DNA of 64,000 bases from Malonomonas rubra (GCF_003247215.1 NZ_QKAP01000022.1:13679-77678), one strand, 5' to 3'. Shown: positions 11,905-23,296, counted from the first letter of the stretch. The notes: generated by a model not told the origin, from the letters alone. Numbers and translations are program-made.

Positions 11905-12150
11905 ACCACTGAGAGGATAATCAGAGCAGAAAAAGTGCCTGAAGCACCATAAATCATTCGTTCCTGGCAGCCCTTCAGCCCCATGAACTGATGTTAGATA
12001 GTTAAAATATCAAGCGGCTGCTGTCAATCAAAATCACAGCCAAATACTTAACAATATTGCCTTCTTGCTGCTACTCCATTCCCAAATATGGGCTCAACAG
12101 CTAAAAAGTCACATTCAATATTCCAACAGAACTTTTTTCATTCGCCAACA

Positions 12151-13218
12151 TCAGGCATCTTTGCTACGCAAAAAGAAATCGGTCACTTCAAACCAGAAAC
12201 GCAGCATCAGGGTTGCCGCCAACCGGCCGAGAGGATTGTCAGTAAACAGCTCGTAAAGCGGCTCGAAGATCCGTGTCAGCAGCGTCGACCCTTGGCCAAC
12301 GACAACACCACGATTAAAAGCGAGGCGAGCATCCAGAGCAAATGTAAGTTGCCAGCCATGTCGCCGAACATAACTCCCGCTTTGCCACCAGATCCGCCAA
12401 GCTGCACGATACCCCATGCACGAAAACAGATTTCGAATCAGCCGAAAGAATGGCCTTAGCTGGAGCTGTTCGGTCTCCGCCTGCTGGCGATATATATCTC
12501 TCGACTCGGCAAAAAACTGTTCCCAGCCGATATCCCGAAAACACATGATCAACGCACCGAGCAACTGCCGCTGCCACAGTCCTTCGATCTCAAATCTGCG
12601 TGCCGAAGTGCTGATTTCCATTGGTAACAGACGCCACTGCCCTATCTCTCTTACGCGTTCGGCAAAATCGGTATCTTCCATCACACGCATGGTTTCATTG
12701 AATCCGTTAAGCTGCTCAAACAGATTACGCTGTAGGACAAAACCCTGATCACCGTGAATGGTTTCCGGGCGCCCGAGCCGCGCCTTCCATGCATAATAAT
12801 AGTACCCGAAGGCAGGCTGCTCGTCGCAGCGTCTGAAACGGAGCGCGAAGTGCCCTGCCAGATTGCTGCTTCCTGCCTGTTGCATCAGATCAAGCGCGTT
12901 ACGTAACGCCAACGGATCAGAGAAGCGGCTATCGACATGTAGGAACAACAGCCAATCGGCATTGGCTTGCCTGACACCATGATTCAACTGCCGGGCACGC
13001 CCCCGCTCACTCTGCAGTACCGCGAACGGAACTTCCAACTGCAGTTGCTGCAACCATTCTAGACCGCCGTCAACCGAACCGCCATCGACAAACAACAACT
13101 CAAAAAATACCTGCTGCTGCCGCTGCAAATCAGCTAGGAAATCGGGCAATTCTGCAGATTCATTGAGGATAGGAACAACGATGCTCAGCTCGGGCTGTTT
13201 CATGTCGACAGTATTCAC
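12151..13218 (-). CDS. family 2 glycosyltransferase with an uncharacterised C-terminal extension of about 120 aa
   Basis: LSIVVPILNE...LLFVDGGSVDG...HVDS is GT-A/GT2-like. An alternative ATG start is at 13203. Confidence 0.7.
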   Translation of the reverse strand: MNTVDMKQPELSIVVPILNESAELPDFLADLQRQQQVFFELLFVDGGSVDGGLEWLQQLQLEVPFAVLQSERGRARQLNHGVRQANADWLLFLHVDSRFSDPLALRNALDLMQQAGSSNLAGHFALRFRRCDEQPAFGYYYYAWKARLGRPETIHGDQGFVLQRNLFEQLNGFNETMRVMEDTDFAERVREIGQWRLLPMEISTSARRFEIEGLWQRQLLGALIMCFRDIGWEQFFAESRDIYRQQAETEQLQLRPFFRLIRNLFSCMGYRAAWRIWWQSGSYVRRHGWQLTFALDARLAFNRGVVVGQGSTLLTRIFEPLYELFTDNPLGRLAATLMLRFWFEVTDFFLRSKDA

Positions 13219-13333
13219 TTTAAAAAGGAAAAAACGGCTTTAATTCACCGGGGCCTGTGCTATAAGTAATGCCTGTTTTTTAACCTGTCCGTTCTGGGTT
13301 ATGCAAATCAGGACGATAACCTGTTAACCATGA

Positions 13334-14638
<1,305 letters not shown>

Positions 14639-14664
14639 GACTTGTCCAGTCTATTGAACCGATA

Positions 14665-14708
14665 AAAAATAATCCCCGGACATTGCCATGACCGGGGATT
14701 ATTTTTTA
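14665..14708. terminator. bidirectional terminator after eno
   Basis: 15-bp stem AAAAATAATCCCCGG/CCGGGGATTATTTTT with a 12-nt loop. Confidence 0.85.
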
Positions 14709-14819
14709 TTCAATACTTGCCGGGGTCGCGAACTAGTAGAAACAAGTTTCCATGTTGTATCCTGAAAAAATAGTTCAAGAGAAGCTGGCTGACCACCATC
14801 ATTGGCGCCAGAAGATTCA

Positions 14820-15167
14820 TTACATCCTGAAACTTGAAACTCTCAATGTCACTGAGCCGTCATTGAGCCAGTCGTTTTGCCTCAAGATATGTTCAACGAA
14901 TTCCTTGGATCGCTTGAAAGCGGGGGCCGGGTCTGCGGAAAGGGAAAGAAGATGAGTGAACTGCTTAATGACTACACTTGCTGCTTTTCTCAACAGGATC
15001 ACATATTTTCTGGCCCGTCGAATCAACAACCCATAAGGTAAATGTCGCTTCCTTGCTGAAACCATCACTTTCACCACTCTCGATCTTGATACCCTGTATG
15101 GCCAGGGCATTGGCAGCGCAAAAAGATAGCCGGGAGTCTCTTTTGAAATAATGGGCAAGCCGGTCAC
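14820..15167 (-). CDS. hypothetical basic 115-aa protein inside the AT-rich island (may be non-functional)
   Basis: GTG-started ORF overlapping the stop of the upstream fragment by 4 nt. I recognise no family motif. Confidence 0.3.
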   Translation of the reverse strand: MTGLPIISKETPGYLFALPMPWPYRVSRSRVVKVMVSARKRHLPYGLLIRRARKYVILLRKAASVVIKQFTHLLSLSADPAPAFKRSKEFVEHILRQNDWLNDGSVTLRVSSFRM

Positions 15168-15724
15168 AAATTCCTAGTTGTTATTGTCATACTGATATTT
15201 ATCGGTAATATCTGCTGCTGAGGTAGCAAGCTATCCTTAATGGCAAACCTCAATCTATTAATGATCTTTTCCCGCCCCGAATTAATATCGTCATCTACCA
15301 GTTTGACCAAAGCACGTAGATCATTTTCTAAATCCTGCAAAAGAGCCTCGCTGTTTATACGATTTCGGGGCAAGGTAACCGTAAAAATGGCAACTATTTT
15401 TTTTTGTTTCCATTTTTCGGCGATTATAAGGGATACCTAGCAAAATCTTCTGCAGATAGGGAGTGAGGGATATTGCAAATGCGTCCTTGCCGAATATAGA
15501 CACGACTGGTTATCAAAAGGCCTATAATAAGAGACAGCAGACTTGGCCGGTAACATATGAAAATGACAGCTTTTACCTGCAAAGGCCACCTTAAAGACGA
15601 TAGCATCGGATACATTCCACACCCTCAAGATTGGCACTGAAGTCCCCTGCAAAGGGTTCCCAGTCAATTGTAGCTGCCCTTTGCACACGTTCACTATTAA
15701 TACAGAAATCGATAGGATATTCAT
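15164..15724 (-). pseudogene. string of three overlapping ORF fragments in different frames; likely a frameshifted gene remnant
   Basis: Fragments are 15437-15724, 15321-15503 and 15164-15373. Deleting one A from the A9 run (plus T9 at 15397-15405) fuses ...RRKMETKK to IVAIFTVTLPRNRINSEALLQDLE... Confidence 0.35.
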
Positions 15725-15943
15725 TTTCAGAGGGGTAAAACACTTAACAATAGAGACCCACTAATTGACAGATTGTAAAAAAACTCCTCCAGCTGCCAAT
15801 TAAAAATCTTTACTCATAAAATCTCAAGCGTTTGATATTATAAAAGTAATCTTTAAATCTTGAAAAACTTACGACCCTAAAATTTTCTAGGATGGTCACA
15901 ACAACTATTGTCAAACTTACTTATGCAAATCGAGAAGAAGGAC

Positions 15944-15980
15944 ATAAAAAAGGGCCTGAATTTTATCGCAGGCCCCTTTT
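15944..15980 (-). terminator. terminator of the 15994-17800 minus-strand cluster (bidirectional geometry)
   Basis: Stem GGGCCTG/CAGGCCC flanked by an A6 run and a T4 run. The minus strand reads hairpin then TTTTTTATG. Confidence 0.7.
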
Positions 15981-15993
15981 ACCCTTTCAATAA

Positions 15994-16443
15994 TCAATCT
16001 ACCGGGAAAAGCAGGTAACTACTGCCTTTCCTTTCCCGCTTCAACTTTTCACTGTCAGCCATTTCTTTGAGCAGCACCTGTAGTTGTTTTTTTCCGACAT
16101 CAGCAAAGCTCTCATAAATTTCAGACTGTTTCATGCCGGGCAAATTTTTTACCGCAGCAAGAATTTCATCCTCAAGGCTGAATGATTCATCATCAACCGG
16201 TTCCGCCTTGCTTGTCATTTTCTCAACTTCCGGCGTCACGATCGGAGGATCGGCCGCCTCTTCCTTTGTTTGTTCAGGTTCAGCCACGGGTTCCTGCGCT
16301 GCCTCTTTCACTGGTTCTGCTACAGGAGAAGCCGCTGTTTCCGCTTCCTGCTCAGCACGAATCTCCTGCTCGATCGCCATCATTTTCTGATAAAAATAGA
16401 ACCCAGCCCCCGCCAGCAACAACAATGCAATGAACCAGAACAT
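15994..16443 (-). CDS. membrane-anchored protein with an E/P/A-rich linker and a C-terminal winged-helix-like domain
   Basis: N-terminal TM FWFIALLLLAGAGFYFY. The ATG immediately follows the TAA of the upstream gene, and GAGGAGG lies within that gene's 3' end. Confidence 0.6.
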   Translation of the reverse strand: MFWFIALLLLAGAGFYFYQKMMAIEQEIRAEQEAETAASPVAEPVKEAAQEPVAEPEQTKEEAADPPIVTPEVEKMTSKAEPVDDESFSLEDEILAAVKNLPGMKQSEIYESFADVGKKQLQVLLKEMADSEKLKRERKGSSYLLFPVD

Positions 16444-16761
16444 TTACACCTCCTCAGACGTTTCTTGGTTATCGGCATGGAACCAGCGGTCGAACCAGGT
16501 TCGATGGTCCTTTTCCGCCAGTATCTTAAGATCGTTCGGTCCAAGCCAGACACCTCCGCAACCGGGACAGCGGTCAAGGGGAACATCCCGAAAGGTCATC
16601 GGCTCAATCTTTTCTCCGCACTTCGGACAACGCCCTTTGGCACAGTTTCTTGCCAAGGTTTCCTCGGCATCGTGCTTCATATTATCGATTATTTCCTGTT
16701 CCTTCTTGTGGAAATATTCGTTTTCCAATGCTTTTTTCCGTTCATCCCAGGCGTTTGTCAT
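16444..16761 (-). CDS. zinc-ribbon protein (TFIIB-type zf, CPKCG...CPGCGGVWL)
   Basis: 105 aa containing RCPKCGEKIEPMTFRDVPLDRCPGCGGVWLGPNDL. GGAGG Shine-Dalgarno upstream. Confidence 0.7.
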   Translation of the reverse strand: MTNAWDERKKALENEYFHKKEQEIIDNMKHDAEETLARNCAKGRCPKCGEKIEPMTFRDVPLDRCPGCGGVWLGPNDLKILAEKDHRTWFDRWFHADNQETSEEV

Positions 16762-16849
16762 AACAGCCTCCTTGGTTAGTGGTTGGCTACACTTAAATTA
16801 TAACCAAGACTGCCTGTCGAGCAATAGAGGTACCACAAAAAGCTCAGTT

Positions 16850-17800
16850 CTAACAATAAGTTCTCAACCGATACTGGCCAAATCCGTAGGCGGCTCCTTT
16901 TCCGACATTGAACAAACTGCCAAGCCGCAAGATCCAAAGGATCTCCTCGAGGCCTTCCGCCGTGAGGCATATCCTCCCCATCAAACCACCCAGGTCCTGT
17001 GACTTTTCCGGCCCATGCAAAGTCCGCCAGTCATGCCATTGCAAACTGTTTTCTGCCTCGCGCGCAGCATCGGCAATCGCTTGCCAAAAACGTGGTTCTT
17101 TGATGATTTCCACATCGGCATGACTGGTCAACAGTGCTGAAACCCTGCGCAAAAGAAACGGAAACAGCTCCTTGAAATCGGCGCGGAAAAGTGGCTTCCC
17201 TTTTTTCAGCAGGCGCATCGGACTAACAATCTCCAGAGCGAGCCATTCCTCAACAGCTGGCTGTCTCTCCAGCCACCAATGCAGCTCGCTAACCGGTGGT
17301 GTGATCGACACTTTGCACCCTTCACTCCAGAGCATCGCACGCACACCGCTGGCATCCTCCGATTCCACACCCTCGAGTTGGAAGCGCCCGCTACCGTAAT
17401 AAAGTCCCTGCTGACCCAGCATCTCCCACAAAGAGACAAAAGCGTTAACCGCCTGTACCGCCTGCCCAACGAACAAAACCGGCAGAACAATCCTTTGCTG
17501 CGCTTCAATATGGCCGCAGATATCTAAATTGGGTTGCAGCACAAAGGCTGGGGCGGGCTTTTGGGCGATCCGACGCACCTGAGGGTCTTGTGAAACCGGC
17601 GGCTGAAGAAGGTTTTTTAATAGTGCAATATCCTCACCGCCCCAACCTTCGAGGGTTTTCAGCGCCTGAAGTAGCTCGCGCCGCAACTGCAGCAATGCTG
17701 CTTGCGGCAAATCAAACGTATCTTTCAGCTGCAGATGAAAATATAATTTGACGTATTCGACCTGCTGAAGTTCTTCAGGGATCGGGGCAAGATAGGACAT
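16850..17800 (-). CDS. stand-alone Cas6-like RAMP protein (DUF2276/CRISPR_Cas6-type), no associated CRISPR or cas genes
   Basis: The C-terminal glycine-rich loop NVGKGAAYGFGQYRL matches the Cas6 G-x-G-xxxx-G-F-G signature. I chose ATG at 17800 (GGAG upstream) over the TTG at 17827. Confidence 0.55.
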   Translation of the reverse strand: MSYLAPIPEELQQVEYVKLYFHLQLKDTFDLPQAALLQLRRELLQALKTLEGWGGEDIALLKNLLQPPVSQDPQVRRIAQKPAPAFVLQPNLDICGHIEAQQRIVLPVLFVGQAVQAVNAFVSLWEMLGQQGLYYGSGRFQLEGVESEDASGVRAMLWSEGCKVSITPPVSELHWWLERQPAVEEWLALEIVSPMRLLKKGKPLFRADFKELFPFLLRRVSALLTSHADVEIIKEPRFWQAIADAAREAENSLQWHDWRTLHGPEKSQDLGGLMGRICLTAEGLEEILWILRLGSLFNVGKGAAYGFGQYRLRTYC

Positions 17801-17890
17801 GACAGCTCCGATGACGTTGCACCACAAGCAAGTTTCTGTTATAGGTTAGCGCCTTGTATCCTAAAGCAAGCTGAAAGGGAGAACAACTGA

Positions 17891-19024
<1,134 letters not shown>

Positions 19025-19026
19025 GA

Positions 19027-19051
19027 AAAGGGGCCGTTATCCGACCCCTTT
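19027..19051. terminator. hairpin between convergent tgt and the 73-aa ORF
   Basis: Stem AAAGGGG/CCCCTTT with an 11-nt loop. Confidence 0.5.
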
Positions 19052-19076
19052 CCCGTTCGCAACCATCCGGCAACCG

Positions 19077-19298
19077 TTAAGGTGCGTACTCTATTTTCGA
19101 TTTCTGCTCGGTTCCACATTCTTTACAGTTAAAAACCCGCGTGTCGTGCCACCAGGGTTCTGCCCCCCAATAGTTTTCGTTGGCTATACAATTGACATGC
19201 TCGACAGCATTAAAGTTTTTGACCTCGTTACATTCCTGACAATAAAGCCAGAGCTTGCCGTCGGCACCCGCCTGCAGGAACTCTCCCGGATTTGACAT
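19077..19298 (-). CDS. small Cys-rich (CxxC...CxxC) hypothetical protein
   Basis: 73 aa with YCQECNEV and NCKECGTE zinc-ribbon knuckles. Confidence 0.5.
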   Translation of the reverse strand: MSNPGEFLQAGADGKLWLYCQECNEVKNFNAVEHVNCIANENYWGAEPWWHDTRVFNCKECGTEQKSKIEYAP

Positions 19299-19310
19299 CC
19301 CTAAACCTTT

Positions 19311-19532
19311 CTACTTACTTGAAATATTCGCGGTTTTCCCTTCGGCTCGCAACCGCTTGACAGCGCGACCGGCGATTCCCCAACTGTTAGTTTCGACCTC
19401 TTTGATCAAAACATGGGTCGAAGCCGGGTTTTTGTCGAGTACCTTGACCATCAGATCGGTAATTCCCTCGATCAATTGCGCTTTCTGCTCGTTGGTTGCA
19501 CCTTTAGTGATATTAATCTGGACATAAGGCAT
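19311..19532 (-). CDS. 4-oxalocrotonate tautomerase family protein
   Basis: MPYVQINITKG... The catalytic Pro1 requires the second ATG (19532), not the first at 19538. Confidence 0.8.
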   Translation of the reverse strand: MPYVQINITKGATNEQKAQLIEGITDLMVKVLDKNPASTHVLIKEVETNSWGIAGRAVKRLRAEGKTANISSK

Positions 19533-19567
19533 GCTCATTCTCCTTTAAATTCATGGAATTTATACAA

Positions 19568-21508
19568 TTACTCATTATCGCCATGCGGCGGCGGCAATGC
19601 AACCTGTATCGCAGAATTATTCTTCAACTGGGCAAGAAGCTGCCGCAAACTCGTATAGGTTTCATCGCTCATAGACTGATCACGATAGATTGCCCCTCCG
19701 TAAAGCTCGGCAAATTCTTGACAGCGGGGGTCATTGCTGCACTTCGCCAACTGAAAGAGCCCCAGGTCGGCCGGCAAATCACCGACACCAGCTGCCTGTG
19801 CCAGGAAAGACCGATAGCTGCACAGCAACCTTTCGTGACGCGACTTCTTTCGCGCCCAGAACCACCACCCCGCCAGCGGTAGCAGAATCGGTAGTCCCCA
19901 CAAAAGGGAAAGCAAAGAGCGCGATTCGAATTTTTTCAGTGCACGGACCTTACCCACCATATCTCGCATCAGGCTGAACTGCTGACGCAAATCATAGTTC
20001 AGCACCAAACGGCTCCAATTGTGCTGAATGGCATCGGTTAGCGCTTTGAACGACACGATACTGAGTCCGCTTCTCGCGACCAGCGCATCATCGGCGTTAA
20101 TGGCCAGTCGGCTCGGATCGATCCGCCGCCAAATCCCATTATCATCGAGCGCCTCGACCCAGACATGCGCAGCATCTTCACCAACCAAATAATAGCCACC
20201 CAACCGGTTATACTCCCCCCCCAAGTAACCGCCGACCAAACGGGACGGCACCCCGGCCAAACGCAGCAATACAGCATAGGAAGAGGCGAAATATTCGCAA
20301 TACCCACGATGACTTTCGAACAGGAAAGTTTCCACCGGATGTTCTGTTTTCGGCAACTGGGAGGTCGAGTAGCTGAGTTGTTGCTGGAGAAAAAACTGAT
20401 CAAGAAGGTCCAGTTTTTCACTGTAGGTTTTTCCCCGCCTGACGCCATCGGCAACATCATGCAGCCGCCCGCTGAAACGCTCCGGCAAAGCGAGGTATTC
20501 AACCACCGCTCCCACCTGTTTGCTACGGGCTGAAGATTGCGACTGAACCCTGTAGCTGAGTTCTCTTGACGCGTCACGAACTCTGGAAACCCCATCCGGA
20601 GCGTTTTGGTGCCGAACCTGATTGATGTAGAGAGACCGATCAAGAGTCACCAGGTAGCGATCCGCTTTCGGTTCTGAGTAGATGACCAGGTCGATTCTTT
20701 CCTTCGTATCGGCCAACAGTTTTTCATTGGCAATTACCGGATCACGCTTCCAGACCTTGCCCTCCACTCGATTCAATACAACTCCTCGCCAATAGAGGAC
20801 TTCGGCAGGCAGTTCCCGGACCTCAGCGCGAAAAGCGATCTGCGTGCTATGAGCCAGCTCGGCCACCGAACCGGGTTGCACTTGGTCAGTCATGCCGACC
20901 ATTGCCGATGGTTTGGGGTTGAGGAAGTTCCACAACGGTGTTTGCGTGCGCGGCAGAATTACGAACAGAACCAACATCAATGCCAGTGAACCTGCCGGAA
21001 GCAAAGCCATCGTTTTCAGCAGCACCAGCCATTGGCCGCGGCCGAAGCGGATCTGTGGATCGGTGACGTAGAAACTGAGCAGCACCAGACCACTGGTCAC
21101 CAGCAGGATGAGCAGAATCAGGTAGAAAAGATACGCCAGATCGAGAGTCAGCATCGACGAGGCGGCAAGAATGATGGTCGCCAGCAGAAATAGTTGCAGC
21201 AGGTGACGAGCCGACTTATCACTCGCCAAACGCACGCTCAGCAACAGACACAGCAGACTGATCAACGGAGTGGCGAGATTGGCGATGGTCGCCTGCGAGA
21301 TGAACAGCAGGAAAAAACCGATCGAAAGCACCGTCGCCAGGCGGTTGCTGAGCAAATAGCGACCGCAACGATCGCCACTGATGCCAAGGACAAAACCGAG
21401 GCCGATCAGCACCAGCACCCAGGTGTCAAGGAAGGGAATCAGTGACAGAACCCCGATCAGCGCCGACAGGTAGCCGAGTAGCTGCAATATCCGTTCAACG
21501 CCGACCAT
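19568..21508 (-). CDS. transglutaminase-like membrane protein (TgpA-like: N-terminal multi-TM domain plus transglutaminase core)
   Basis: 646 aa with about 6 N-terminal TM helices. Contains a GYCEYFASSYAVLLRLAGVPSRLVGGY cysteine-protease core and a DAAHVWVE motif. Confidence 0.8.
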   Translation of the reverse strand: MVGVERILQLLGYLSALIGVLSLIPFLDTWVLVLIGLGFVLGISGDRCGRYLLSNRLATVLSIGFFLLFISQATIANLATPLISLLCLLLSVRLASDKSARHLLQLFLLATIILAASSMLTLDLAYLFYLILLILLVTSGLVLLSFYVTDPQIRFGRGQWLVLLKTMALLPAGSLALMLVLFVILPRTQTPLWNFLNPKPSAMVGMTDQVQPGSVAELAHSTQIAFRAEVRELPAEVLYWRGVVLNRVEGKVWKRDPVIANEKLLADTKERIDLVIYSEPKADRYLVTLDRSLYINQVRHQNAPDGVSRVRDASRELSYRVQSQSSARSKQVGAVVEYLALPERFSGRLHDVADGVRRGKTYSEKLDLLDQFFLQQQLSYSTSQLPKTEHPVETFLFESHRGYCEYFASSYAVLLRLAGVPSRLVGGYLGGEYNRLGGYYLVGEDAAHVWVEALDDNGIWRRIDPSRLAINADDALVARSGLSIVSFKALTDAIQHNWSRLVLNYDLRQQFSLMRDMVGKVRALKKFESRSLLSLLWGLPILLPLAGWWFWARKKSRHERLLCSYRSFLAQAAGVGDLPADLGLFQLAKCSNDPRCQEFAELYGGAIYRDQSMSDETYTSLRQLLAQLKNNSAIQVALPPPHGDNE

Positions 21509-22268
21509 AGAGAGCCAATTCAGTGAGGAGTTTTAACCGCTGATTCCTGCCCCCAGCGGGCGGTATCAGCAGGTCGGTCATCTGCAAACCTACAGCCTGC
21601 TGTTGCGAGATCAACCGATTGATCAGAAAGGCACACTGTCCCAGACGCTGTTCGAGCGGCCCGGTAAAATCCTCCAGGTTCAGCAGTAATGATGGTGCGC
21701 CGAGCCGCGTCTGTCGCTTAACGATGTATTCATTTTGGCGTGCGGAAAGCTTCCAGTGGATCGATTTCAGCGGATCACTCGGCCGGTAACTGTCAACACT
21801 CCGCAGCTCGCCATCGATCCCCGGTTGTGGCATTTCCCGGCGGCGAGACTGCTGGCTGGCTGTTCCGCCGCTGGGTAGCTCAGCGGCAAGCGGCTTCGGG
21901 AAAACCAGCAGTTGCTGCTCAATAAAAATACAGCGGGAACGAACAAAAAAGTTGATCGGAAAACAGGAGCGGACCCAAATCTCCGGCAATGGTTGATACC
22001 CGCGCTCTGACAACGTCAGCGACAATGGCTGCCGCTGGCAGTGCCTGCTGGGTAACAAGGGGAAAAGAGTTGCCCCGCTACCGATTTCTACGCTGATCAG
22101 AAAAGCAGGCAACCAACGCCGCCGATTTTCCAGTTCGAGCTCAACCCGTCCCGAAAGGTTGGCAAACAGATCATCTAAAGGAATAACTTTGACCGCCAGG
22201 CGCTGGAGGTTCTGCTGCCCGAGCAGTCCGGAAATCGCCATAAATCCAAGCAGCGCCGACACCATCAA
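21495..22268 (-). CDS. DUF58 protein (vWA-like); the true start is probably upstream of the first canonical start codon
   Basis: The ORF contains DPLKSIHWKLSAR. The conserved N-terminal region LKLTRAGVVYIAVTLLLGFAAVNTGNNLLYL is encoded in-frame at 22269-22358 with no ATG/GTG/TTG available. Confidence 0.75.
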   Translation of the reverse strand: MMVSALLGFMAISGLLGQQNLQRLAVKVIPLDDLFANLSGRVELELENRRRWLPAFLISVEIGSGATLFPLLPSRHCQRQPLSLTLSERGYQPLPEIWVRSCFPINFFVRSRCIFIEQQLLVFPKPLAAELPSGGTASQQSRRREMPQPGIDGELRSVDSYRPSDPLKSIHWKLSARQNEYIVKRQTRLGAPSLLLNLEDFTGPLEQRLGQCAFLINRLISQQQAVGLQMTDLLIPPAGGRNQRLKLLTELALYGRR

Positions 22269-22354
22269 GTAAAGCAGGTTGTTGCCGGTATTTACCGCCG
22301 CAAAGCCGAGCAGCAGAGTTACGGCGATGTAAACAACGCCGGCTCTGGTCAGTT

Positions 22355-23296
22355 TCAGGCCATAGGTACGGGAATTTCTGCGAGCAGCGATTTGAACACC
22401 TCTTCTTTACGCACGGTTTGAAACTCGGGCCGCAAGATCAAACGATGGGCAGTCACCGGTACGGCAATCCGCTGCACATCTTCGGGAACCACATAATCAC
22501 GCCCTTCCAGATACGCCTCGACCCGCGCTGCGGACGCTAGGCTGAGACCACCTCGGGTTGAAATGCCGGAAAAGACCTGCGGGTGAGAACGACTGCTCTC
22601 GATTAAAGCGTGGATATACTCAGTCACAAGATCGCCGAGTTGAATATTGTCGCGGATAAAGCACTTGGTTTCGAGAATCTTGTCCCGCGCCAACAACGGC
22701 TTGATCGTTGCCAGATCGTCACGCACGCTGCCGCGCTGAATAATCTGTTTTTCCAGCTCCGGCGGTGGATAACCGATACCAGTGGTAATCAGAAAACGAT
22801 CGAGTTGCGATTCCGGCAGAGGGAAGGTGCCGACCTGTTCAGCCGGGTTCTGCGTGGCTATCACCAGAAAGGGTTCCGGCAACTCGTAGGTCACCCCCTC
22901 CACCGTGACCCGCCGTTCTTCCATCGCCTCAAGCATGGCACTTTGGGTTTTCGGCATCGCCCGGTTGACCTCGTCAACCAACACCAGATTGTTGAAGACC
23001 GGCCCCTTGATGAAGTGAAACTGGTTGTTCTGACGATCGAAAATCGATAGACCGGTAATATCGGAAGGCAATAGATCACTGGTACACTGAATACGTCCGA
23101 AATCGAGGTCGAGAATCCCAGAGAGAGCCAGTGCGAGGCTGGTTTTTCCCAATCCGGGGATATCTTCCAGCAGAATATGCCCACCGGAAAGCAGACTGAC
23201 GATCGCCAATCGAATTGCCCGGACTTTTCCCTGCAGATATTTGCCGGATAGGGTTTCGATAACGTCGAGTATTTGCTTGCGTTGATAGAATTCCAT
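22355..23296 (-). CDS. MoxR-family AAA+ ATPase
   Basis: Walker A LEDIPGLGKT and Walker B LVDEVNRA. ATG at 23296 with GGAGA upstream is preferred to the TTG at 23323. Confidence 0.9.
   Translation of the reverse strand: MEFYQRKQILDVIETLSGKYLQGKVRAIRLAIVSLLSGGHILLEDIPGLGKTSLALALSGILDLDFGRIQCTSDLLPSDITGLSIFDRQNNQFHFIKGPVFNNLVLVDEVNRAMPKTQSAMLEAMEERRVTVEGVTYELPEPFLVIATQNPAEQVGTFPLPESQLDRFLITTGIGYPPPELEKQIIQRGSVRDDLATIKPLLARDKILETKCFIRDNIQLGDLVTEYIHALIESSRSHPQVFSGISTRGGLSLASAARVEAYLEGRDYVVPEDVQRIAVPVTAHRLILRPEFQTVRKEEVFKSLLAEIPVPMA

Noticed and set aside
11965-11980. TGGCAG-N5-like sequence resembling the -24 element of a sigma-54 promoter, between the histidine kinase and the glycosyltransferase gene.
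   Set aside because: There is no TTGC -12 element at the right spacing, and the orientation (plus strand) points away from the minus-strand kinase gene it would have to serve.
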